A stretch of DNA of 64,000 nt from Ignavibacteriota bacterium (GTDB lineage Bacteria; Bacteroidota; Ignavibacteria; UBA10030), in assembly GCA_963701295.1 (NCBI GenBank), contig OY969585.1, positions 3,264,001 to 3,328,000 on the forward strand, read 5' to 3'. The position numbers and the translations under genes were made by a program. The notes below the pieces were generated by a model that made no database searches, was not told where the DNA came from, and worked only from the letters and a program-made list of their open reading frames with translations. This document shows, in pieces, positions 40,362-50,030 of this stretch. Position 1 is the stretch's first letter; each line of letters opens with the position of its first letter.

Positions 40362-41780
40362 TTGATGCCGAATAAACGACGACAAGATTTTCTGATTCCC
40401 TTATTGACTGTAGTAACCGATGCGGTTGCTTTCGAAGCATCCTTTCTCTTTTCGTACTGGCTACGTTTCCTTCCATCATTTACACAACTTGTTCCCGTCC
40501 CTTATGGCGTTCCGCCGCTGAAGGAGTACATTTTCAGCTCATTGGTTGTTATTCCCATCTGGTTATTGCTTTTCCATAGTCGAAGATTGTATCGATCGCG
40601 GCGTGCCTCTTCCTTTTCAGATGAGTTTTTTGCTATTGTGCGAATAATTATCTTGGGAATGGCGGTAGTCATGGCTGGCGCATTCTTTTATCGTGCATTC
40701 TCCTATTCACGAGTCGTCTTTGGAATTATTGGCGTTACGACCGTTGTGTTTGTCTCAATTGGCCGATTTACAATTATGAAGTTTGAACAATGGTGGTATT
40801 CAAAAGGATATGACCTCAAGCGTGTTATCATCGTTGGAACAAGCAATATTGCAAACAAAGTCTTTCAATCCCTTACCTTCCATCGTTCTCTCGGATATAA
40901 AGCTCTCGGGTATTGTTCCATCAACGGCAGTACAGAAGACACAATGCCACACATACCATGCTTGGGTTCTATGTCATCTGTACCAGACTTGATTAAATCA
41001 CACAACATTGATATGGTTTTAATAGCATTGAATGAAGAAGAGCATTCTTATCTCCACAACCTTGTACGTGACTGCCAAGGGTTAAATGTGGAGATGATGA
41101 TGGTTCCCGACATCCTTGAATTGATGACGAGCCTTGTCCAAATCAAACATATCGAAGGAATTCCTTTCCTGGGAATCAAGAGTCCAGCTTTGAGCACTTG
41201 GAATTCCATTATAAAGCGAACGTTTGATCTTATGTTCGCATCATCTATTCTTTTCATTGCCAGTCCTCTCTTTCTCATAATTGCAATTCTTATTAAGTTG
41301 GACTCCAAAGGGCCTATTATATATTTTCAGGAACGCATAGGGCTTAATGGAGAAGTGTTTCGAGTATTCAAATTTAGATCCATGCGCACCGATGCAGAAC
41401 ATACGACAGGACCGGTATGGTCAAAGAAACAAGATTCAAGAGCGACCCGGATTGGCAAAATCCTGCGACGTTTAAGTCTGGATGAGCTTCCACAATTCAT
41501 AAATGTGATCAATGGCGATATGAGCGTTGTAGGTCCGCGTCCCGAACGGCAACATTTTGTAGAGCAATTTAAAAAAGAGGTTCCTCGTTATCTGGAACGC
41601 CATCGGGTAAGGACAGGAATGACCGGTTGGGCACAAGTCAATGGATTACGAGGAAATGCCTCTATTACCGAGCGGACAAAGTACGACATTTATTACATCG
41701 AAAATTGGTCCTTAACATTCGATCTGAAGATTATTCTCAAGACACTCCACGCAGTTCTTTTTGGAAATGACGCATATTAG
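40362..41780 (+). CDS. Undecaprenyl-phosphate glucose phosphotransferase (WcaJ-like)
   Basis: N-terminal TMs, KRTFDL, FKFRSM, LDELPQ, GDMSVVGPRPE, GMTGWAQVNG. Confidence 0.92.
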   Translation: MMPNKRRQDFLIPLLTVVTDAVAFEASFLFSYWLRFLPSFTQLVPVPYGVPPLKEYIFSSLVVIPIWLLLFHSRRLYRSRRASSFSDEFFAIVRIIILGMAVVMAGAFFYRAFSYSRVVFGIIGVTTVVFVSIGRFTIMKFEQWWYSKGYDLKRVIIVGTSNIANKVFQSLTFHRSLGYKALGYCSINGSTEDTMPHIPCLGSMSSVPDLIKSHNIDMVLIALNEEEHSYLHNLVRDCQGLNVEMMMVPDILELMTSLVQIKHIEGIPFLGIKSPALSTWNSIIKRTFDLMFASSILFIASPLFLIIAILIKLDSKGPIIYFQERIGLNGEVFRVFKFRSMRTDAEHTTGPVWSKKQDSRATRIGKILRRLSLDELPQFINVINGDMSVVGPRPERQHFVEQFKKEVPRYLERHRVRTGMTGWAQVNGLRGNASITERTKYDIYYIENWSLTFDLKIILKTLHAVLFGNDAY

Positions 41781-41931
41781 ATTTAGTGATTCGTCATTTG
41801 GAATGAGCGATTTGAGGTCGGTGATTTGGAACAAGAGTCTAGAAATTATTTCTTTCGTGCTTTTAAGTTGATACTTTTTCTATTTGAGTGCACACTATTT
41901 TCTTTCACCTTGACACTTTGGTTCTGATCGT

Positions 41932-42303
41932 ATGGTTTCTGCCTTCATCTTCTTCCTTCATTTTGTATTCGCTGTTTTTGCTTTTATGATCTATAAGAAG
42001 GAGAGCATCGGCGAAGGATTCCTTGCTATCGCATTTGTCGGAATTGTTTTTGCTGTCAGCTGGACGATTGCTTCAATGTTGACGAACCTCCTGTTCACGT
42101 TCAAATGGTTCGTCCAATGGTACTGGCAGCCGCTGGATTCATGGATATGGAGAGTTGTGAGAAAGGAGATCAGCCGCGATACAATATCGCTTCTGATTCT
42201 CACCAGCGAAGAGGTTGTATTCTACTATTTATTTTTTCTTTCCAACCCAAAGGGGCACTCGACAAAGGGTGGTTCCTCTTCTGATCGCGCTACTTCAGCT
42301 TGA
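41932..42303 (+). CDS. Small membrane protein of unknown function
   Basis: Three hydrophobic segments; fills the gap between wcaJ-like and tonB genes. Confidence 0.65.
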   Translation: MVSAFIFFLHFVFAVFAFMIYKKESIGEGFLAIAFVGIVFAVSWTIASMLTNLLFTFKWFVQWYWQPLDSWIWRVVRKEISRDTISLLILTSEEVVFYYLFFLSNPKGHSTKGGSSSDRATSA

Positions 42304-43243
42304 AGTAAAAAGTGATAACGCACGATTGCTCCACTTGCGACAGAGACGATCCAAGTGATTCAAATTTCCAGTACTGCACGGCTTTCATAGCAGCTTCTTC
42401 CAGAGATCGATTTGCTTTCTGTACCGGCTGGACAGACTTTACTGTTCCATCAGGAAGAACGATAATGAGAATTTTTACTTGAGCCGACACATTCGTACCG
42501 GATGGATATTTCGGTAATTCACCGCTGATTTTTCGGCGGGTCATTCCTTGAAGCCATCGCATCGAGAAACCTCCATAGCCTTCTCCATCTCCATCGCTTT
42601 CGTACCCCAAACCATATGGCGTACCCTCTGCAGATGGCTTCGATGAACTACCAATTCCTGAAGGATCTACGCCACTCGGGGGCTCACCACTTTTTCCGGG
42701 GACAGGAACTCCACCCTTCCGCCAGGGTTCCCGCGATTCTCCACTCCCGCCGGAAATATCATCACGATCAGACGGAGCGTTTTTGTTGCTCCATGTATTC
42801 TGCCGTACATTTTTCTCATCCAATGGAAGCTTTTCTGCACCGCCAAATTCCGATAAAGTGTTCAAACCTTCACCGAGTTGACGCTCCTTTGGAAGTTTTC
42901 GCATTCTTTTTGCACTCGATTGGTTTCTCAGTGGATTTGCTGGAAGAGGCGCATTCAGAACGTCCGAAGAGACATTTTGCTGAAGAGTGGGATAAGCAGA
43001 GAGACCAAATTCTACATCACCAAGAGGACGCGGAAGTTCGATTTCGGAATACTTAAAAATACGTACAACGCGTCGCGGAGTCGGATTGAATGCTTCTTGA
43101 TCAACGAGTAACCAAAGCGAATTAAGGAGGGCAAGCGTAAGTGTGATAGAAAGAACAAACGCGAGTGTCATGTGTTTCATATACACTCGTCGTAATTCTC
43201 CTGCACCGTATGAAACTCTTCCTAAGTGCGGCGATACTCTCAC
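42290..43243 (-). CDS. Energy transducer TonB-family protein
   Basis: YGAGELRRVY + TM (Bacteroidota TonB N-terminus), low-complexity G/S/P linker, C-terminal PKYP...DGTV...AMKAVQYWKF...ITFYF; GTG 43243 follows AAGGAG. Confidence 0.8.
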   Translation of the reverse strand: MRVSPHLGRVSYGAGELRRVYMKHMTLAFVLSITLTLALLNSLWLLVDQEAFNPTPRRVVRIFKYSEIELPRPLGDVEFGLSAYPTLQQNVSSDVLNAPLPANPLRNQSSAKRMRKLPKERQLGEGLNTLSEFGGAEKLPLDEKNVRQNTWSNKNAPSDRDDISGGSGESREPWRKGGVPVPGKSGEPPSGVDPSGIGSSSKPSAEGTPYGLGYESDGDGEGYGGFSMRWLQGMTRRKISGELPKYPSGTNVSAQVKILIIVLPDGTVKSVQPVQKANRSLEEAAMKAVQYWKFESLGSSLSQVEQSCVITFYFKLK

Positions 43244-43364
43244 ACATTCTCCTTCGCACCGCACTTCACACTTCTCATCCGAATTGTATTACGCTCTCGC
43301 ATAGCACCATACACACAATCATCGCATGATATGGCATATACCCGTGAGCCAGTTTCCGATGCAC

Positions 43365-44018
43365 TTACTTATTTCGAATCTTGTCAATAACGTAGTGTGC
43401 CTGCAACTCCGCTGCGAAATTCTTCACTGCTTTCTGTGCATCCTCACGAGAAGGATATTTGCCAATGCGAACTGTGTAAAAGTCTTCTCCCTTCATTGGG
43501 ACCTTTTCGACAAATGAAGGATATCCTGCATATTCTAGATTCTTCGAAGTCTCTACCGCCTTGCTCTTTTCACGATATGCGATCACTTGTACAGTAAACT
43601 CACCGCTCATCTCACTGAGTTTTGATACAGACTCAGTCTCAGCAACCTCTTCCTTTTCCACCGTCTCCTTCGGAGGTTCTGCTTTTTCTTCAACTGGAGC
43701 TGTTTCGACCAATGCAACATGCGATGTATCAGTTTGATGCTGTGGTTCTTGTGCTGGTTGCTCGATCGGTTCTTGCTGGAATGGCTCTTCCTGCATTTGC
43801 GCGACCTGTGCTTTTTTCTTACCCCAAAGCTTAATGATCCCGCGTTGGTTAATGACGTACACCCCAGCTGCCGCGAAGATCAATACTAAAAAGATAATCA
43901 GAATTTTTGTTCCGCCGCCGCCACCGCTGCTTTTACTAATTTTCTTTTTCGCCGGAGGAGCCGCCGGCGCCGGCGCTTCGTCAAACCCACCTTCATCAAT
44001 GAGGTTCAAATCTGGCAT
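43365..44018 (-). CDS. Membrane-anchored SPOR-domain (peptidoglycan-binding) protein
   Basis: TM segment, acidic linker, FTVQVIAY...YTVRIGKYPSREDA SPOR pattern. Confidence 0.85.
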   Translation of the reverse strand: MPDLNLIDEGGFDEAPAPAAPPAKKKISKSSGGGGGTKILIIFLVLIFAAAGVYVINQRGIIKLWGKKKAQVAQMQEEPFQQEPIEQPAQEPQHQTDTSHVALVETAPVEEKAEPPKETVEKEEVAETESVSKLSEMSGEFTVQVIAYREKSKAVETSKNLEYAGYPSFVEKVPMKGEDFYTVRIGKYPSREDAQKAVKNFAAELQAHYVIDKIRNK

Positions 44019-44076
44019 GGAATAATCCTCCTTATTGTTTGGAAGTTTGTAACCGTTAATGATTTCTTGCTGTTAA

Positions 44077-45783
44077 TTACCATTTCACTTGAACTGTAAC
44101 GTACATCGTGAGGGGAAATTCTCTATATCCTCTCCACGTTTCGTACCGCGCATCTGTTAAATTTTTTATTCCAATCGAAAGTCTTAAAAAAACGAGAGGT
44201 GTATATTCACCGCTCACATCAATCGTCATATAACTTGAAACTATCGATCTTCCAATAAGATCAGCTTGCTGCTTTCCGACGAACCTTACATCTGCATCCA
44301 CCACAATCGCCGTTCTCAATCTGTGGCTTGCGCGGCATCCCGCTTCGATCGTAGGAAAATATGGAATTTGTTCTCCTGGAAATGAATCTTTAATCGATCG
44401 TAGCATAATGGTAGAAGCAAAATAATCATTTGACTCGAACTTTGCAACCATTTCCGCACAGAATGTGATAATTTTTACATCTCCGTTGTAAGCCGACGTC
44501 CAGACTCCTGGGCGAGAAGAATCTGAGTACATGGTCAAATCATTGATTGATTCCACTCCGAAGGACACGCGGCTTTGAACCATCTCATTCCAGTCCGATT
44601 CAATGCCAATCTCGCCTGCATTGCTCACATCTGAGTGTCGTATTGGTGAACCAGCAGAAAGAAATCGATTTACTCGAATATTCGATGCCAGCGTCAACGG
44701 AATGATCATTGGCTTATATGATACATACACGCGTTGCTGCGATGTTATCGGATAACTTGCCGTTAAATGCGGATACAGACGAAAAAGGCTCTGTCCTGCC
44801 ATTCCTTCTGCCCAATACACATGTAATGATCCTTCGAAGAGCATGCCTGCATACCAATAATTTTGAATGCCGCCTGAAACATCCATAAATCCCAATCCGC
44901 CTGATGCAGTCATCCCATGGAACTTCAGTTGAAGAGGAAGAGAAGCAATGGGCAATGCAGTCTGTAAATTCAGATCGAAGCGAGTTTCATTTGCAGAGGC
45001 AGACGAATCCGACACATCAATGTTATCGAGGGAAATTCCGACAGAATATGGAAAATTGTTCGTTACCAGGTTTTCTATTCCCGCTTTCAATTGAAAATCA
45101 GAAATTGTCCGTTGGAGATTGGGCGTTGTTGAACCATAGAAACGAAATGATTCGCTCTTGTAGCCGAACCCTCCATCAAGCGCTGCGTTCTGAATGATCG
45201 GTACGTTTGATGAAAGATATGTTCTGCCTGCTGCTGTAAAACTTCCATCTGATTGATCAGTGTGTTGCGCAAATCCATTGGTGAGATGATATGTACCACC
45301 AAGAGTATACTGATAATTCGGCAGCGACTGACCAAACCAAAATCCCGCTTGAGGTGTGAAGTACGAACCGATTCCTGCTTGCACCATACCGGAATATGTG
45401 TTCACCTTTGCTTGCGAATCATCCAGGCGCTTCACTTCCAGTTCCGTCGTTTCACGTTCCCGCTGTATATTCTCGGGCGACTTTTTCTTTGGATGTATCG
45501 CATCCTCAACATCTTCGAAAGATATTTTCTCTGCCTTCGTTACATCCACTGATGCGACACCTGTAATGACATATTCCGGCAAATCAAATTTTGGAAGCTG
45601 CCGCTGCACTGTTTTCGGAACAGAATTACTCGTATCCTCCTGCGGTGCTCCGATATTCAGATTTTGACTTTCCGGATTTTTCTTTTCTTGATCCTTCTGA
45701 TTGTCTTGTGCAAACAAAATCGGCACAGGCATGAACAGCACCAGTATAAAGCTCCATTCCAGCAAACTAAACACCCTGCGCAC
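44077..45783 (-). CDS. Outer-membrane beta-barrel, TonB-dependent-receptor-like
   Basis: Signal peptide, DLPEYVITG TonB-box-like segment, C-terminal IKNLTDARY...YVTVQVKW. Confidence 0.7.
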   Translation of the reverse strand: MRRVFSLLEWSFILVLFMPVPILFAQDNQKDQEKKNPESQNLNIGAPQEDTSNSVPKTVQRQLPKFDLPEYVITGVASVDVTKAEKISFEDVEDAIHPKKKSPENIQRERETTELEVKRLDDSQAKVNTYSGMVQAGIGSYFTPQAGFWFGQSLPNYQYTLGGTYHLTNGFAQHTDQSDGSFTAAGRTYLSSNVPIIQNAALDGGFGYKSESFRFYGSTTPNLQRTISDFQLKAGIENLVTNNFPYSVGISLDNIDVSDSSASANETRFDLNLQTALPIASLPLQLKFHGMTASGGLGFMDVSGGIQNYWYAGMLFEGSLHVYWAEGMAGQSLFRLYPHLTASYPITSQQRVYVSYKPMIIPLTLASNIRVNRFLSAGSPIRHSDVSNAGEIGIESDWNEMVQSRVSFGVESINDLTMYSDSSRPGVWTSAYNGDVKIITFCAEMVAKFESNDYFASTIMLRSIKDSFPGEQIPYFPTIEAGCRASHRLRTAIVVDADVRFVGKQQADLIGRSIVSSYMTIDVSGEYTPLVFLRLSIGIKNLTDARYETWRGYREFPLTMYVTVQVKW

Positions 45784-48700
45784 TAATGCTGCTCCATTCT
45801 TTTGAGGCGACGTTGCGCTTCTTCCATCACCGATGTGTCGGTCTTTGATTTCAACACGGCTTGATATGATTCACGAGCGCGTTTCGCATCTTTTGTTTGC
45901 TCATAAGCATCACCCAAACCAAGATATGCTCTTCCGACCCATCGTTCATATAAAGGAAAAATATATTTCACTCGAAGCAGTGCCGTAATGACATTGGCCC
46001 ACTCTTTCTTTCCCGCAAGAGATGCACCGACAATATATTGGGCTTCTGCGCCAAGTTCGTCTTTGTGTGATGTCGCAATTTTTTCTGCAATGGTTTTCGC
46101 TTGATCGAACGCACCCTCTTGAAAATAAATTCTTGCTCGTGCAACCCTTGCTTCATCAGCAATCGGTAATTCCCCGAAATCTTTGATTACTTGTTCAAAT
46201 TGCGCGCTTGCATCTTTTGTGTTGTCCGCCAGTTGAAATGATCGGCCAGTTCGCACCTTTGCCTCGGCTATAATCTCCGGGTCTTTCACTTTTTCTTGAA
46301 CCTGCTTCAGAACAAGAAGGGCTTTTTCCGTTCTATGCTGAGAATTGTAAATTTCCGCAGCCTCAAATAACGATTCTCCAATCACTTTTTCTGAAGCGTT
46401 GGGAGTGTTTGCTGCTTTCTCAAATGAGAGCGCAGCTTCATCCGGATTTCCTTCCTCGCGATAGCATTTTGCCAGAGAGTACAGCGCGGACGCTAAGAGC
46501 TTGGAGTTGGAATTCTTTTCGGTAAACCTGCGGTAAACTTTTGCTGCATCTGCATATTTCTTCTTATTAAAAAGCAATTCTCCTTTTTTCAATTGAAGGT
46601 CTTCTGAAGCAGCCGAAGTTGGATTCTCTTTTACAAAATCGTCAATAACTTCTACCGCATCGGCATCTTTCCCTTGGGCAATGTAGCAATACTGAATTCC
46701 AGTCGTCGCATCGGCAACATAATTGCTCTTCGGGAACTGCCTGAGCACTTCACGGTACGATTTCTCGGCCACCACAAACTGCTGAAGATTATAGTAACTA
46801 TCACCCAGACTGTAATACGCACGGGGCACAAGCTCGCTGTTGGGATATTTCTTCACGAGCTCTTGGAATTCCTTGATTGCATCTCCATATTCTTTTCGCT
46901 GAAAGTTTATCCAGCCTTTTGTAAATTGTGCATCGTCAGCAAGTGTGGATTGCGGTAATGCTTTGATTAAACCCTCAAATACTTTAAAGGCTTCTGTATT
47001 ATTTCCATCCTTGACGTAACTCTGTCCAAGCTGATAATATGCATAATCGATAGAAGTGCTGTCAGGATACAGGCGGATGACCGTGCGATAGCTCCCGATT
47101 GCCTTTTTGTACTCTTTCAGAAAGAAATACACATCCCCTAACCGTAAGCGAGCATCAAATGCAAACTTCCCTTTCGGATATTCCACCAGAAGCTGCTCAA
47201 ATGATTCGATTGCTTCTTGAAATTTGCTTTGCTTATAGAAAGACCACGCAACGCCATATAAAGATTCCTCTTTTTTCGCTGCACCGGAACCCTCCGCGGA
47301 CTCCTGATAGAGTTGTGTCGATTTGCCGAAATTGCCAAGCCGATATTCTGCTTCTGCCTGATAGAATTTCGCTTCGCTGGATTTTGGATGCTTTGGATAT
47401 TGCTGGATGAATGCAGAAAACTTCATTGCTGCATCTTTGTATTGCTTCATTTTAAAAATGCACAACGCCGATTGAAATCCTGCTTCAACCTTCACATCGA
47501 ATGATACGGTGGGAAGTGCTAATGCTTTTTCAAACCAGCCCTGTGCCTCTTTGAATTTGTTTTCCGTCAGGAAACACTCGCCAAGCATCCTGCATCCATC
47601 TGCCAACACATCGCTCTTCGGAAATTCCGTTATGAGTCGTTGAAAATACGACTTCGCTTCATCGAGATTGTTTTCTTCAAAATAAATCATGCCGATATCA
47701 AAAAGGGCGTTATCGGACCATTCTCCCTGCATTTCACGTTTAAGCACTTCATTGAGTGTTTGCAGTGCTTTATCGGTTTTTCCCATCAGGCGCTCTACGA
47801 CCGACCTGCGATAGAGCGAAGCGTAGCCAAGTTCATCAGACCGTTCGGCAAGCGTATGAAAAATTTCAACTGCGTTGGGATAGTCCTTTTGATTGAGATA
47901 ACTCCATCCTAACACATACAATACTTCCGGTGCAAGTTTGTGCTGAGGATGATCAACAAGAAATTGTTTGTAGCGCTTCTGAGCGCTATCATTATCGCCT
48001 ATTTTATAAAACGCTTCGGCAATAAGATAATCTGCGTTCCCTAATTCTTCTTCATCGTGAATATCCAGATGTGATTTTGTCAATACGTCAATAGCCCGCT
48101 GGTATTCTTTCGCATAATAGAAACATTCACCTCTGCGGACATACGCTCCGGGTGTGAGAGTGCTTCGCGGAAACTCTGAGATTAATTTGCCATACTCATC
48201 AGCTGCTTTTGCGTATTCGGTCCGCTTCTGATATGTCCATGCAATGGAATACAGTGCATAGTCCCGCAATCGATTTTTTGGAAAATTCTCATACGCGAGC
48301 GTATAATACTTCAGAGCGTTTTGCGTGTCATCATTTCGTAGAGAAGCTTCACCGATCCAATACGCAGCTTCACCGGCTTTTTCACATTCGCTGTAATTTT
48401 CGAGCACGATTTTAAATGCAATAATCGCTTCACTATTCTTTCTCAGATGGATGCGTGATTGTCCAAGTTTGAGGTATGCCTCTGGAATATAGCGTGATGT
48501 CGGGTACTGCTGAATGAATTCGTTATACTTTGCTATCGCATTTTGAAATTGGGACGATTGAAAAAGACATTCAACGCTAAGGAATGCTGCATCCTGCCGC
48601 TTAATACTGTTGGGATATTTCGAGGCGAAGGCTTGGAATTGCTGACCAGCAAGCTGGAAGAGACTATCGCGATAAAGTCCATAAGCAAATGCGTAGTCCT

Positions 48701-48863
48701 GCTCTTCCACTACAGTTGGCGCCTGCTGCAATGGAACATCTTGTGCTGAGGTAAGTATAAGGAATCCGAATGGCGCTATAAGAAGAAAAAACAGAAAAGC
48801 AGATTGAAACAGAACATTCCCTTGCTTCTTTTGATGCTTTGAAAATACTTCGAGAGTTATCAA
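45783..48863 (-). CDS. Large periplasmic tetratricopeptide-repeat protein
   Basis: Many TPRs of the A--F--F---YP-S type; N-terminal hydrophobic segment; start uncertain. Confidence 0.88.
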   Translation of the reverse strand: MITLEVFSKHQKKQGNVLFQSAFLFFLLIAPFGFLILTSAQDVPLQQAPTVVEEQDYAFAYGLYRDSLFQLAGQQFQAFASKYPNSIKRQDAAFLSVECLFQSSQFQNAIAKYNEFIQQYPTSRYIPEAYLKLGQSRIHLRKNSEAIIAFKIVLENYSECEKAGEAAYWIGEASLRNDDTQNALKYYTLAYENFPKNRLRDYALYSIAWTYQKRTEYAKAADEYGKLISEFPRSTLTPGAYVRRGECFYYAKEYQRAIDVLTKSHLDIHDEEELGNADYLIAEAFYKIGDNDSAQKRYKQFLVDHPQHKLAPEVLYVLGWSYLNQKDYPNAVEIFHTLAERSDELGYASLYRRSVVERLMGKTDKALQTLNEVLKREMQGEWSDNALFDIGMIYFEENNLDEAKSYFQRLITEFPKSDVLADGCRMLGECFLTENKFKEAQGWFEKALALPTVSFDVKVEAGFQSALCIFKMKQYKDAAMKFSAFIQQYPKHPKSSEAKFYQAEAEYRLGNFGKSTQLYQESAEGSGAAKKEESLYGVAWSFYKQSKFQEAIESFEQLLVEYPKGKFAFDARLRLGDVYFFLKEYKKAIGSYRTVIRLYPDSTSIDYAYYQLGQSYVKDGNNTEAFKVFEGLIKALPQSTLADDAQFTKGWINFQRKEYGDAIKEFQELVKKYPNSELVPRAYYSLGDSYYNLQQFVVAEKSYREVLRQFPKSNYVADATTGIQYCYIAQGKDADAVEVIDDFVKENPTSAASEDLQLKKGELLFNKKKYADAAKVYRRFTEKNSNSKLLASALYSLAKCYREEGNPDEAALSFEKAANTPNASEKVIGESLFEAAEIYNSQHRTEKALLVLKQVQEKVKDPEIIAEAKVRTGRSFQLADNTKDASAQFEQVIKDFGELPIADEARVARARIYFQEGAFDQAKTIAEKIATSHKDELGAEAQYIVGASLAGKKEWANVITALLRVKYIFPLYERWVGRAYLGLGDAYEQTKDAKRARESYQAVLKSKTDTSVMEEAQRRLKRMEQH

Positions 48864-48906
48864 TTCTGACTTAAAGCACTGTTTCAGGTGTTACTTCTAA
48901 TGGCTT

Positions 48907-48935
48907 AATTTACAATAAAGCCAAATAGGAAGCAA
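48907..48935 (-). promoter_or_regulatory. Putative sigma70 promoter of the TPR operon
   Basis: TTGCTT-N17-TAAATT. Confidence 0.45.
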
Positions 48936-49011
48936 GAAAAAGCAAAAAAACACTTAGATACAAATCTAATTTGATAACTGGAAATTTCCTATTTGCTCAA
49001 CTTCACACATA

Positions 49012-49335
49012 TCATACTATGGATCGACGTAGCTTTACTTTCAAGTCATGGATATGTTGACGAATTTCACTCAGCTTCACATAATTCTTGCTTGTAAGTG
49101 CTTCTGCCCGTCTCTTCTTCCAACTCCTAATCTCTGCTTTCATCACTGTCTTATTAATACCAACTACTGTATGGTGCGCGTGAGTCTCGATGTTCAACGC
49201 TTTACAGATGGCGGGTAAAAGTTTTTCCTTGTGCATTGTGCTGTGCCCATGCACAGCTTCGTGTTCAATTCCATCGGCAATTTTTCGAAGTTCAGTTACA
49301 GCCATCTTACTCAGTTGATCATATGTATACGACAT
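49012..49335 (-). CDS. Small basic protein with Rho N-terminal-like helical domain
   Basis: Strong AGGAGG RBS; LSKMAVTELRKIA...STMHKEKLL resembles Rho_N; His-rich linker; basic coiled C-terminus. Confidence 0.65.
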   Translation of the reverse strand: MSYTYDQLSKMAVTELRKIADGIEHEAVHGHSTMHKEKLLPAICKALNIETHAHHTVVGINKTVMKAEIRSWKKRRAEALTSKNYVKLSEIRQHIHDLKVKLRRSIV

Positions 49336-49418
49336 GGTTCATCCTCCTATATTAAATGATTCTTACATAACCCTCAGTGGATGTATTTCTTGCGAATATA
49401 AATTTCAATATTTTTTAT

Positions 49419-49976
49419 TTAGATTTTTCTCAACACAGCTGAATGGCTTCCATGTATATTCGGAGAATCTCCTTTTTCCATTCCATTGCTTTATGCGAAG
49501 ACAAATGTTTTCTCAAATTCTTCTTTTGTCACATGTCCTTTTGGTTCGGATATCAAGAGCAGCCCGTTTTTCTTAAGCGAGTTATAGATTTCCTTAAAAA
49601 GTATTTCTCGATCCGGCACTTCATGAACAACCGCAAAAGCCAAAACAAAATCTATCGAACATGCAAGGTCGTCAATTTGAAGCGAAGACCCGATGCAAAG
49701 ACGCATCTCGATTCTGCCAAGAAGATTTGCTTTCATTGTGCGACGCCGAAGATTTTGAAGCATTTTCTCCTGCAAATCGATGCAGAATATCCGCCCAGAT
49801 TCACCGACAATCCTTGCCATAGGCAAACTAAAGAATCCCATTCCAGGTCCTACTTCTAAGACTTTCATCCCTTGCTTTAGATAAGGGCTAAGGAGTTTCT
49901 CTGGATTCTGATAGAGCTGCCGTAATGGACTTGCTAATATGTATCCCAGATACCAGGGACATATATGTTTTTCCAT
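49419..49976 (-). pseudogene. Class I SAM-dependent methyltransferase with premature TAA at 49491-49493
   Basis: VLEVGPGMGFF, IDLQ, VVHEV, EPKGH; the frame continues after the stop as SNGMEKGDSPNIHGSHSAVLRKI*. Confidence 0.7.
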
Positions 49977-50030
49977 TTTACCCTTTCAGAGCATATATAT
50001 TAGCTATTGCATTTCTGTTCATTTTGTAAC

